55,005 nt of DNA, taken from NCBI GenBank assembly GCA_001938485.1, contig MQRK01244079.1, positions 8,338 to 63,342 on the forward strand. Direction: 5' to 3'. Origin of the DNA: Girardia tigrina (Eukaryota). This document shows, piece by piece, positions 1 to 12,680 of the stretch; position 1 is the stretch's first letter, and each line of letters opens with the position of its first letter. A program made the position numbers and the translations under genes. The notes below the pieces were generated by a model. It searched no databases, was not told where the DNA came from, and saw only the letters and a list, made by a program, of their open reading frames with translations.

Positions 1-185
1 AGTAAGTGGAAATACTTATATGCGGGTGTGCGCGTGTGTGTGCATCTTACAGAGGGACAGATGGCGTTGTGGCGTGATGTACTTACCAGCCAATAGAAAT
101 CGAGCAAAAGTGGCATTGGCCCATGCAACATGTGAGCAGCATAGAGGAAACTGTCATAGGCAGTGTTTTCATTTTTGTATAACAC

Positions 186-600
186 ATGGAAGACGCAGTA
201 CGTTCTCAGCGTGCCATCCTCTTTTAACTTTGGAAAGATGATACTCCAGTGTCTGACATTGTGCGCCGCTTATCAAATGTGTTTCAAGGAAGAGCCCTGC
301 AAAAGTCTGCCGTCTACAATTGAGTGCATCAATTCGAAAATGGACGTGAATCCTTGGACGACGAGGACAGAAGTGGACGTCTAGCAACGACGAGCACGGT
401 AGAAAATGTGGAAAAAGTGTCGGAGACCATCAATGCAAATCGCTGCCTTACCATTCGCGAGTGGGCGGAGATGACAGGCCTATCTGCAACACGTGTACAT
501 GCAATTGTTACGCAGCACCTGAATATGAGGAAGCTGACAGCCAGATGGGTGCCAAGACTTCTCAATGTGGAGCAAAAAGGAAACCTCGTGAAACCATATG
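186..600 (+). mobile_element. Mariner-family transposase, N-terminal HTH fragment (frameshifted, truncated)
   Basis: ORF 324-689 reads GRESLDDEDRSGRLAT...RCLTIRE...VHAIVTQHLNMRKLTARWVPRLL, which is the mariner HTH plus the WVP linker motif. The likely start ATG is at 186, and no catalytic domain follows. Confidence 0.85.
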
Positions 601-2167
601 CAGGAATAAGTGCATTCGCATTTCTGGTGAGTATCTTGAAAAGTTTGACAGTGATGAGGATGATGAATAACATTCTATTCCTTCAATAAATGCTTTCTTG
701 TGGTGTCGTCTCCCTTTTTGCCATTTACTTTCGGAACGCCCCTCGTATATAGCTCTATTTTTACCGCCTTAAACATAATTTGTTTCAAATATTCGAGGAC
801 TTCAAAGGCCCATTTCTCCAACTTTTCTCTTTCAAGACAATTACCAGTCCACTTCTCAGAATGGATTATACAGTTGTTGTAAAAAGTTAGAAATTGAAAA
901 TTAATTGTTTTTGATTGTGCGGAGAAATGATTATAAAATTTGTTATACCGGAATTTTGGATTGAAAATATTGTGGAATACAGAGAAATTATTTTGTTGAT
1001 AAAATATGTAAATTTCGTGAATAAATTCTTTGGAGAAAAATATTTTTTAGAATAAAATACAATTTATGGCTGGCGTTAATATTGAAATGTATACAATTGT
1101 TCAATATATGGATACGATAGATCGCACAATCACAAATTTCTGGTTCAATTAGTTCATAAATTTCATTATAAGATTTTTCTCATATTATTTTTTTTAATCT
1201 AAATAAGTAATCAATAGATCGCTAGACAATCAAAATTAATAATAATTATATGAATTTATACTAATTTTACTACTTCCCAATTTCTTCGCGACTACAACAA
1301 AAATTGAGTTTTACCCTCTATCCTTTTACATAAAAGGTTGCGATACAATATTTTTATCGCTCTGATAATTTGCTAACTTCTAATTCTATCGAATATTAGC
1401 CATCATATTTCCGACTCCAAAATGGGGTAGTCTAATTATCTTTTGACTACACATCAATTTGATTGAAAATATACCCAATAATATTAGATTGAGATTCAGT
1501 AGAATTTACATTTCATTTATTTAATTGAAAAACGAACTATATCGAACATTTGAATAAAGGTATTTTAATTTCCTAATAATCTGACCATATTGTACTCTGT
1601 TTCTTTAAGATCAAAATTTGTTTGATCCACTACTCTGTCTTTCATTTTATTATTATTGTTGAAATAATATTTTAAAATGTATTTTATTGTATATATTTGT
1701 TGAAAACAATAAAAAATAATAAACATTTATTCGCGGCGTTTTTAAAACGCAGCGTTTTGTGGTGATACCTAATTTATTGTTGTGCTTTATGATTTTTAAT
1801 TGAATTGTGCTTAAGGTTTTATTTGGATTCGGTTAGCTGTGAAAAGTTTGAAAGCTATAGATGAAAAATTAAAACTTATGGCTAATTTACTGGATATTTG
1901 AGCGAATATCGGCGAATCGTTCAGTTTCCATTAGATGAGTTTCATATTTGATAGCCTTATTCTTAAATATTTGGTGGTACAAAAGTACATTTTCCGATGA
2001 GTTACTTGTTTCATGTCTGTTGTGATGCTTTTGATATTCTGTTTGATTTTTATTTTTTTTAGAATGAACAAATTACTTTTAAAGTTTTTTTTCGATTTCG
2101 ATCTTCTCCAGCTTATAAAAATTCTTTGGTAAAAGAATTTCCCGGTTATTATTGGAGGTATTACTAT

Positions 2168-2913
2168 TGTTGAGTATATAAAATGTAAATATCAAGAATT
2201 AATATTTGTTTTAATTAAATGGGTATAAAAATTATTTACCTTTTTTATTATATTAAATATAAATTATATATAAATAATTAAATTAAAATAAACAAAAGAA
2301 ATAAAGAATGCAATTTAAATAGAAGAATATTTTCATAGAAAGATATCTAAATCATTTTAGAAAGTAAATAAAAAGAATTTAATTTGAAAAGAATAATATA
2401 AAGAGAGAAGGATTTTAAAGAAAGGAGATTATTTTTTGTGACAGTTATTTCTAAGTTCAAGGACGAAGTAATTAAAAAGTACAGATTCAAAGAGATCGGC
2501 TTATATTTCGAGTGTTTACGAGAATTTGGTCGCATTAATTAGAAAGTTATCTGTATCTCACACAAAGATAATTAATTCGAAATTAAGCCTATAAAAAGGT
2601 GTCGATTATTTGAAAAGCATCGCACAGAGACAGAAGTTGAAAATTGCTAAAAGGTACGGAGAACCTGAACATTGAAATTATATAAATTATATATTTGGTT
2701 AATATATTTTTATTTATATTTTGTAAACAATTTGGAGGCAAGCGAAGATTCATTTCCTCCGCTATCCAAAATCTAAATTACTAAATAGGGTTAATAACAT
2801 ACTTTTAACTTGTAATTTGAATTTGTAATTGTGTATATAAAGAAATAAATATTTTTATAAAACTAAATCCTTGTTTAATTTTCATTTTTATTTATCACCT
2901 AGATATCCCAACA
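2168..2913. mobile_element. Solo LTR (Ty3/Gypsy-type) with 4-bp TSD
   Basis: It begins TGTTGAG (2168) and ends CCCAACA (2913). CTAT flanks both sides (2164-2167, 2914-2917). Confidence 0.75.
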
Positions 2914-5649
2914 CTATTTTGTAAGTTATGAAAGGTTACTTGCATTTTTTGGATCTAATGACTCATTAGTAATGAGACGGATTTCTAATTTTTTATTCTA
3001 TCTTTTCTATCTGCAAATTCTTCAAATATTTCTGTGTTTTTGTTTACAGAGATTAAATGATGCGTCATTATATATTCTGACTTGGCTTTTAGGAAATGTT
3101 AACTCTTTCGCGGACACCGTCTACACTTGCAGTCATTTTCGTATTTTTGATAGGGACATGTATGCATAAGCAGGCATTGAAGATTTGCTTATTAACATCG
3201 CGTCTGCATTTGCAAAAATATTGACTATTAAGATATACATTCCTGTTATATTTGTATCCCCAGAAATCACAGAGCCTTTCTGTAACTTAGCAATAAGGGA
3301 CAGTTTCGCCTATTTATATATTCGGATTCATATACCGGTTGGAGAATGTATTTGTGTATTTTATTTTTATTTTTTGTTTCAATTAAATAAATTTTTAAAA
3401 TAATAATAGATTATTATTATTCATTTTATTTATATATTAAAAACAAATAAATAAAAAATATTCTTAATTATAAATATTATTATTTATATTAAAATCAAAA
3501 ATTTTAAAAGTATTAATTTTTATTAATCAAGAAAAGGCCTGGAGGCCAAAGTAAATTTTTATTAAACAGATAAGTAATTCATTAGGATTCAAAGGTCGAC
3601 TATCTAGTAAGTTTAAGATAAAGTCCATGAGGACTAATTAGGTATAAAGAGGTGGTCGAAGATTAAATCAAGGATAAAGTTTTAATTTTATTAAAGGTGA
3701 TCAACAGTGAGCGGTAAAAATTAAATTATTCAAGGAACATCAAAGATAAATTTTAAATTTATTGCCAATTTTATCGAGATCCAAAAAGATGATTAATTTG
3801 AAATATTTGAAAAAAGGAAATTATTCGTGGACAAGTTAAATTATAAATTCTTATCTATTGAGAAGATTTTGAGTAAATTAATTTAATTGGTAAAACGCGA
3901 AGACTGAAGTTTTAAATTTGAGCCGGAATCTGTCCATTAAAATTGGAATATTTATTTTTAAGATATTTTCAAAAAAGAAAAATAACATTTTTATTTTATT
4001 TCATTTATTAATCTTCCAATCAAATTATTTAAATTTTATTTTATTTACTAAAATTCCAGTCAAAAATAACTGATCAATTTAATAATTTTTGACAAAAATA
4101 TCTGATCCAATAATATAATTTAACTTTATTTCATTTATTTACCTTCTGACAAAAATGCCTGACCAAATTATTTTACTTTTCTTATCTTACGACCAAAATA
4201 AACATTACGTTTAATCAAATTTATCATTTATTTAATATTCAATAACTTTAATAATTGAAAAGATTCAAATACATGTATTTAATAAATAAATCTTTTAATT
4301 GTAATTTACTGTAGGTGAAGGCGGTTGAATGTATATTTGGCGTAGTTTTTTTGTTATATTTGTAGATAGAATTGTGGAAAGAATTATTGTTAAATCGCTC
4401 TGATTGGTTGGTCCAATCAAAGTAAGTTGTTGACTCGATCGATAAAATCACAATTAAATTTCTGACATTTTTGATATTTTGGTGACAATTGAGTTTTCTG
4501 AATATTGTCGAGCTTTTTTTTGAGTAACAATTTGTAATCCAGCTCCGTTGTCAAAATTAGTGTCATTGCTGAATTATTATTATATGAAAACATCTCTCAA
4601 CCGTACAAGATTCTGAAATCACATTTTCTCGAATTTTGATAGTTCGTTTTTATGAAAGATGGAACTATCTTTTCTTGAATTGTGATTTTCGCAATAACAT
4701 TATTTCTTGATTAACGATATTTGAAAAACAAAAATTTGGCTCGATTGAATTTATTCAGTGTAATTTGGCTAGAACCCTGTTAATTTTGTCAATTATAATA
4801 AAATAAAGAAAACAAGTAATGTGGAATTTATTTTAATATTCAGAATTTGAATTGACAAAGTTGTGATACAAATATATTTGAAAGGAAATTATTTCTTTTA
4901 TTATGAAAGGAAACATCGATATTGTGCATGATTTCGCGTTCAGAAGACTGGTAACAGTTATAAATTACAAAAATAAATATTTTATTGCAAGGAGGATAAA
5001 GAAATTCAACACCTTATTAATTCGTTTGACGACGTTCCCACACCATCAGAATGATTGGGATCAGAAACCAGGCGTATTTAGTTCTGATGACCTTGTAGAT
5101 CCTGATTGTGATGCCAAAAGTAATCTTACAAAAATTGATATTGAAAGTGAATTGAGTGAAAACAAAATTGATACTATATCAGAGAAATGATCTGAATTTT
5201 TTGAATTTGATGATTTAATCGTACAATCTATCAAATGATAAATAGTTCTTTGGAATAATTTTTCCTATGATAAATTTTGTCCGTATCGTAAAGAATGTAT
5301 AAATTTTTCACTTTGAAAATTCCAATTTTAATCGATCAATTAGTAAAATTTTTCAATATTAACTATTTTGAATTATTATATTACCTAAAAGCAAATATAT
5401 GGTAATGTTTAATTATAAATAATAATGATTAAAATTACAAAATATACATAAAATATGTATGTAATATAAATACTAATTTATGTAAAATAAGAATATAAAT
5501 AAGATGTTTATTAGTTGGGGGCATGTAGAAAAAAGAAGAATATATATATATATATATATGAAATGCAAATAAATCTCATATATAGCTATTTGATTGAAAG
5601 GTGTTTACCGGAGTTTGACTATACGAATCTTTGTAGGTTTTTACTGAGT

Positions 5650-6260
5650 CGATCACCGCTAAGATTACAGTGTTTTTTTCCATTAATCAAGATCGCATAT
5701 GGTCCTGAAAATCTTTCTTCTAAGTTGCGTGCTGATTGATTTTTCACGCAACCACTATTGAAAATATTATTAGGGACATCATCTGATGATTATTGTCTGT
5801 GGTTTTGAAAATTTGAAATATATATTTTGTATTTGTTAGATTTTTGAAAGAAGTTAGAAATATGCTGTTGGATTTTCGTTTAAGGCTAAGACAAGTTTCC
5901 TTCAACGCTTCTAACCAATTTGTATTGGTAATTTTTGTTTTTAAAGTTTCTTTCAGATATCCATTGAATATTTCTATTTTGCCGTGACTTTAAGGATTGT
6001 ACGATGTTCTGATTTTGAGGATATTATACTTTCGGCTTAATATTTTAAACTGTGAAGACTCGAATTGCCTTCCTTCATCTGTGGTAATTCTTTTGGAGGG
6101 TACCTAAAAAAGCATTCTTTTTCCAAGGTTGTACAAATATCATCTGAAATGATTTTTTTGAAATGGAAAAACTTCGAACCAACTGGTTGACTGGACTATT
6201 ATACAGAATAGACATTTAAAACCTTGATTCTGTGGTAATGGTCCGGTTATGTCTAAAAAT
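5650..6260 (-). mobile_element. Ty3/Gypsy integrase remnant
   Basis: Minus-strand translation with frameshifts and stops gives LDITGPLPQNQGFKCLFCII...ITTDEGRQFESSQF...YNP*SHGKIE.FNGYLK, then a GPY motif near 5700. Confidence 0.85.
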
Positions 6261-6426
6261 TGTCTTGTAATATTTGAACCTATTGAGATAACATCGTAAT
6301 AATTATGTTGTCGTTGGTTTCGATAAGATTAGATAGTCTTATTTTATTTTCTTTTTTATTTGAAACGGAAAGTAAGTTATTTCATTATGATTAAGTTTAC
6401 ATTAAGATTTACATTCAATTAATTAA

Positions 6427-6778
6427 ATAAATACCAAACAATTTAATATAATCTGGAAAGAAGTTATCGACTACATCTACTATTATCACTTTAACCTCAG
6501 TAAGGTTTTCCCGGACTTTTCACCGGGTTACCAAGGCCCTTACTGCCAGAAAATCCACCCAAAGAGGCCGAAAGTTGGAAAGAAATAATGAAGGACGTAG
6601 AGCACCTGATAATACCAGGGGTAATATTTATAATAATTCAGTATATATTATTTTTTTCGTATAGGTAACACATTGGTAGCACAGAAATTTTCATGGTTAC
6701 TGTTCGACCGCATGCTCGTATCCCACCATGATATGAGATATGATGGCGGACGTAATTGGATGCCTGGGATTCTCCTGG
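6427..6778 (+). pseudogene. Aromatic L-amino-acid decarboxylase (DOPA/tyrosine/histidine decarboxylase, group II PLP-dependent) 5' fragment, disabled
   Basis: Exon 6427-6620 reads (I)NTKQFNIIWKEVIDYIYYYHFNLSKVFPDFSPGY/RPLLPENPPKEAESWKEIMKDVEHLIIPG, with a 1-nt frameshift after GY. A GT-AG intron spans 6621-6664. Exon 6665-6778 reads [36 protein letters not shown], followed by a GT donor. This matches the AADC motifs PGVTHW and GxxGFSW. Confidence 0.9.
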
Positions 6779-7359
6779 GTATATATTTATTTTCTTTACG
6801 ACATATATTTAATTATTTATATCTTATATATGACTTTTTAATGCAAATTTATAAATTTCAAAAAATAATTTTTTAAGGCTTTTTTAAAGAAATCGAATAT
6901 TGTTTCAAATATTCTTAAATATTTTAGTGGTAATTTTTATAATGTTATTTTTAAAGGGAACAAATTACTTCTTTAATTCAAGATATAATTGGATATTAAT
7001 AGCTAAATGTTTTTGAAATAGTTTTACAATTGATATTATTATGAATACTATATTATCATTACTTAAAGTATTATTTTATTCTTTTGAATGCTAATTTAGT
7101 GTTGTAAAGATAATTTGATGTATGTAAGTATTTATTATAACATATTTCTATTTATAATTATAATATATTATTGGATCCAAGGTATTCTTAATAAAATTTC
7201 CTGTGTTTCGATATTCAGAAAATTTGTGACAAATTCAAATTATTGTGCTATTTGTTATTTTAAATAAATGTTGGAAAATTCTTATATGGCGACCACGCCG
7301 AATGTTGCAATTAATTTAACTCCAAATACATTCAGCGGTATAGAAGATATTGACACTAT

Positions 7360-8828
7360 TGTTGGTGGTTTAATAAGTTTAATGCTGGGTTTAGATGATT
7401 TGAATTGATATTTGAAATAATTATGTTCAAACAAATATATAATTCTGAGTTAATTCCACTTTATTGGAAGGTTGTGTTACTTGTTCGTAGCTCGAACCCA
7501 GCTCGACAATCGATACTCTTAACTTTACTGCAATTGAGATAAGTAACCAATATTATAAAAATTGTATTTAATAATCACAGAGTACACTCTTCAAAATATT
7601 GTACATAGATCTTTAAATAATGATTGAGGTTGAATAATTGCACAACTTTGTTTTGGTACTATTTTTGTATTTGAATTATTGTTTGGTTTTATTATTATTT
7701 ATTTTTTTTGAATTTTTTAAAGGGTATTTATACCCAATTTGAATACACAAAGTTAAATAAAAATTAAAAAAAACAGAATTTTAAAATTATAAAACTTAAT
7801 TTAAGTTTAAAAAAAATCACATTAGATAAAAAATTAAATTTACATAAATTTCTAATTTAAATTTACATATTTCATATTTGTTTTTAAATTTCCAATTTGC
7901 TTTTAATCCCCAATTTGTTTAACTGGGCTCCAATGCCCATTAATTTGAATTTTTTTGATTTTTTTAAATCCAATTGGATTTTCCATCTATCCAATAATAA
8001 TTGGATTTTCATTGTAGGGCATAATTGCCCACTTTCATTTTTTTGGGAATCAAAAAAATAAACACGGTAAGTTAAATTTTTTTTTGATTTTGATTTTTTT
8101 TTATAATAAATTTTTTAATGTTTTTAAAATAATATAATAATAAAAAAAATAATAATAATAATAATATAATAACATGACATAAAAATAAATAATAATGATA
8201 AATTAATAATAATAATAATTTAATAATAAGAATAAAATTATGATAATAATAATATAATAAAAATAATAATAATATAATAAAAATAATGATACAAAAATGA
8301 TAAAAATACTAATACAATAATAATAATAATATTGATAAAAATAAAATAATAATAAAAAGCACAATAAAATAAATTAATATAATAAAAATAAATTACTAAT
8401 AATAAATAAATAATAATAAAATATAATAATAATAAAATAATAATAGTAATAAATTAATATTAGTAATAAAAATAATAATCACACAAGCCTACAACGGCTT
8501 TTTCTAACTAAGCAGGCGTGCCCGCTAAATGAACGGGTCCCCTGCAAAGGAGGAAAAACTCGTTGAAGAGGAATTAACAATAAAATACTAATAATATAAT
8601 AAAAATAATTATGACAGTAATTAATGACTGATATTAATTTAAATCTTAATAATAATTATAATAATGATGTCATTATAAAGTTGCTAGACGATCGACCATC
8701 GTCCCTGAGCAAAATGCTCAAACCATGGACGACCGAGAAGCAACTTAATCATCTCAACTTTTATTTATTTATTCTAAAAGTTATTATTAGTTAAAAGTTA
8801 TTAATTATTAGTTTAGGGAACCCCAACA
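7360..8828. mobile_element. Solo LTR with 4-bp TSD (CTAT)
   Basis: TGTTGG lies at 7360 and CCCCAACA ends at 8828, with CTAT at 7356-7359 and 8829-8832. The interior is AAT-rich low complexity with two GC-rich hairpins. Confidence 0.8.
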
Positions 8829-8875
8829 CTATTATTGGAGATTGTAAACGGTTCTACGAAGTAAGGCAAATCAAT

Positions 8876-10058
8876 TGTTGGGGTAATGTGAATATGAACC
8901 TTTTTGTTATAAATATGAACCTTTTTTTTATTTTGCTTATTTTGAAACTTTCATAAATAAACTGAATTTCTTATTTTGAATTTTGTGAATTTTGTATTGA
9001 TATTTCTTTATTTTTATTTTGAATTTAGTGAATTTGAATTATATTTTGTTTTGTATTTTTATGTTTATTTATTATTTATAGTTTTATATAAAATAACTTA
9101 ATTTAAATATTTCATTATTTATTAATCTTAAAATATCTAATCATTATTATATTTCCACGCATGATGCGTCTTTACCTTGCGTGGCCTTACGTGTTTATCA
9201 CGCACTGCGGTTTTCTGAGCCACGCATTCCTTGCGTTCTCGTTCTGCGTGGCCGCGCGTGTTTGCTTATTTGGATTTGAACCACGCATCTTCTCACGCGT
9301 GCGTCGCTTACACAGAAAACTGTTTAAAATTAAGCTACGCATCTTTCTCACGATTTGGTCTTCATTTTTGTTTGATTAAAGCCACGCGATTTTACTTTAT
9401 TTGTCACGGATATATGATTTTACGGATAGTATAAAAAACGTCATTTCTTTTTCTCAAAATGTATTAGCTATAACTTCCTACAGATTTCGAAATTACTCGG
9501 CGAAATTTCCTAATTCTGATCATTTGAGATAAGCCTCGGAACTGATACCAGTTCGACCGTGTGGAGATTTTCAACAAATACTTCGGACAGAGCTTCTTTT
9601 GGTGAAAGGTTAAAATTAAATTTTTCTTTTCTCGAAATAATTCGCTTTAAAATTAACATATTTTTTAAAATCAATAATTTCTCGTAATTATATTAAATTA
9701 ATAATTTTTATTTATAAATTTAAACTTTTGGTAACTGGAGAACGGTGTTTCCCAGTTCCATAATATTCCTACATCACACACAGGGATATTGTTATATTTT
9801 CTATTACCATTAAATTGTAATTTGTAAAAAATTTTGTAAACATTTTAATAAATATTTTTAAAAGAAAAAAGTCTTACGTTGTTTTTATTCATTTATTGAT
9901 TTATCAATTCTAAAAAGTTGTATTTCACTCATTGATTTATTTTTAAAGTCGATTTTCATCCATAAATTTAATTTATACAACTCGATTATCAGGAGACTTA
10001 CCTATTTCTCCTTTGTTACGACGTTTGGGGAATATAAAATTGACCCTTGAGCGTAACA
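8876..10058 (+). mobile_element. Solo LTR family A, copy 1 (TSD CAAT)
   Basis: Termini are TGTTGGGG...GCGTAACA, with CAAT at 8872-8875 and 10059-10062. It is colinear with the copy at 35313-36547. Transcriptional orientation is not established. Confidence 0.9.
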
Positions 10059-12489
10059 CAATGAAGAAATCGAATGAATCGTCCTCAAAGCATTCAGAAG
10101 TAAAGATTTAATTTTATATATCAATTAGTGGATCCGAAAATTTCAAATTTCGAAGAAAGATCGAAGAAAGCTTTTAGTCATCCAACATCATTAATTCAAG
10201 ACTTCCAAGATTTAATATCATATCGAAGATACAGATTCTTCAACTACCTATTTCAATAAGATCGAGAAAAGGATTGGCAAAGTTATGGTTCATAAATGGA
10301 ATAAATGCGAATTAATGTCATATTTTCTAACACAATGTGTGGAAGATATTGATGTTATAACACAAATTTATATGCAGGATGCTAAATCGCCAGAATCCAT
10401 TATAACAATAATAAAAAAGATGGAAAATGTGAAGTCCATGTCAATGAAACCGCCAATATTAATCAGCCAAGAACATTCGTTAATGTTCTAAAAAAGGAGA
10501 CAGATTTGCATCGCAAACCGGTTATTCGCAATCAAGAAAATCTGTACCTACGTATAAAAACAGGATATCAGAATTAATGAGAGACGGATTGCGAAATGGA
10601 CAAAAAGAAAATAAAACAATTATCTGCTATGGTTGCGGGAAAGAAGGTCATATGAAGACGGATTGTACAGAAAATACGATGGTTTGTTACGGTGGCAGAG
10701 GTGTTTGTCATATCAGAAGAGAGTGACCATATCCAAAAAAAATTGAATGTAAATTTGAATTAAAGTAAATAAAAATTTTTATAAAAAAAAATTTTAATTA
10801 ATAATTCTTAATATTTATAATTTACAAAAGTTTACAATTAAAAAAAATATTTTTGTTTGAAATCACTACATTGGAAAATCTCAAAATCCATGAAATTTTG
10901 TTGGGCATACAATTAAAATCTCGTTTTATTTTAAATTTTTAATCAAATACGAATCTGACCCCAAATGAACAAAAGGTTTCTTCCAACAATAATATATGAA
11001 GAATGAACAAGACCTTTTAATAATAATTTATTCTGCAACCAACAACTTTTTCAGTACACTTCAATTCAAAGATCAAACTTCGATTAAACAGTTACAACAA
11101 CTTTTTAGTTCGAGCGATGCTAAACTATTTTATTTAAAACTTAACTTCTCCTTTAGGATACTGATATTTTCGTAATGTTTCAATTTATTTTATAAACCTA
11201 ACCGTTCTCCTTTACAGGATACTTAAATATTTCTTAATATTAACAAAAATCAAATTTACCGTACATTCAGGTTTTTAAATCTTCTTTGAGTAATAATTTG
11301 TGTGAATTATAACTGAAATAACTATTGCTTATATACTAATTTTTCCTAACCTTGAAAATTGAATAACTAAAAAAATTCTCAAAATATTTACAAATATTTA
11401 TAAATTTTATTAAAATACTATTATAATAATCAAAAAAAAATATTAATTTTAACCAGCGAATTATTTTAAAATTTTTATAGATTTTAAAATTTAGTTTATA
11501 TTTTTCGGAACCCCAACAATTTTAAAAACATTAATTTGGAGACATACAATGTAAATTACATTAATAGTAAACACGCTTGGATGAATTCAAATATTTTTCA
11601 ACTTTGGGTATCTAATCTAAATAAAATGAAGAAAGTCATAAATAAAAAATGAAAATTTTATCTTAGATTGATGCTTTTGCCTAAAAATACAACATCTTTA
11701 ATGCATCCGTTAAATATTGGAATAATAAAAGTATTCATTATTAGGTGAGGTCGAATTTATCACTTCCTCTCCACGACCTAGAGACTCCAATCCAACACCG
11801 ACGTTCCATGACCGCGGTGCGCCCACTCTGTTGCAAGCACCACTTCTGATAACAGAGTGTGGTGTCTGATAATAAAAAACTAGAATTAANNNNNNNNNNN
11901 NNNNNNNNNNNNNNNNNNNNNNNNNNNNNNNNNNNNNNNACAATTTTAAAAACATTAATTTGGAGACATACAATGTAAATTACATTAATAGTAAACACGC
12001 TTGGATGAATTCAAATATTTTTCAACTTTGGGTATCTAATCTAAATAAAATGAAGAAAATCATAAATAAAAAATGAAAATTTTATCTTAGATTGATGCTT
12101 TTGCCTAAAAATACAACATCTTTATTGCATCCGTTAAATATTGGAATAATAAAAGTATTCATTATTAGGTGAGGTCGAATTTATCACTTCCTCTCCACGA
12201 CCTAGAGACTCCAATCCAACACCGAGGCTCCATGACCGCGGTGCGCCCACTCTGTTGCAAGCACCACTTCTGATAACAGAGTTTGGTGTCTGATAATAAA
12301 AAACTAGAATTAAATAAGATGAGGGACAGACGACTATTTTATGTGTTGCAATATCACCAAAATGCAGAGAGAAGTTTGGGGATTCAGGTTGATGAATTGC
12401 AAGTATCGCCTACGTACCGATATTCCCGGCGATTAAAATATTAATTTTAAGCTAACAATGTAACCATTCAATGTTTCACTGAAAATTAA

Positions 12490-12680
12490 TGGAATTTCAG
12501 CCCAATCGAAAATATATGGAAAGTTAAGAAAGTAAAATTGAGAAACATCGACCTGGTAACATTAAAGTCCTGAAGAAAAAATAAAGCATTCTTGGTCTCA
12601 GAAAGTAGCGTCTGGAAGAGTCGATGCTTCACTGTGTAGCCACTGGTATTCAAAACAAAGGTTATGAAACAAAATACTCA
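12490..12680 (+). mobile_element. Tc1-like transposase C-terminal remnant
   Basis: The frameshifted translation FSPIENIWKV...HRPGNIKVLKKKIKHSW...ESML...IQNKGYETKY fits the Tc1 NPIENxW...KG..TKY terminus. Confidence 0.7.

Larger units (their letters stand above)
7286..10730 (+). mobile_element. Degenerate LTR-retrotransposon gag ORF split by two solo LTRs
   Basis: Removing 7360-8832 and 8876-10062 restores the frame MATTPNVAINLTPNTFSGIEDIDTIIGDCKRFYEVRQINEEIE*IVLKAF. The C-terminus has a zinc knuckle CYGCGKEGHMKTDC (10625-10666) plus a decayed second knuckle. Confidence 0.8.

Noticed and set aside
3345-4245. AT-rich LTR-like insert with short internal repeats
   Set aside because: TG...CA termini and a TSD could not be defined, so it is left unannotated.
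6665-6778. Stop-codon reassignment to explain the TAG/TGA in the AADC exon
   Set aside because: The same fragment also has a frameshift and lacks an ATG, and the SLC6 and Tc1 ORFs read through with the standard code.
11517-12311. ~370-bp direct duplication on either side of an N gap
   Set aside because: The copies differ by only a few substitutions and abut a ~50-N gap, which is typical of unmerged contig or haplotype overlap. The same pattern occurs at 25357-25438 and 35384-35527.
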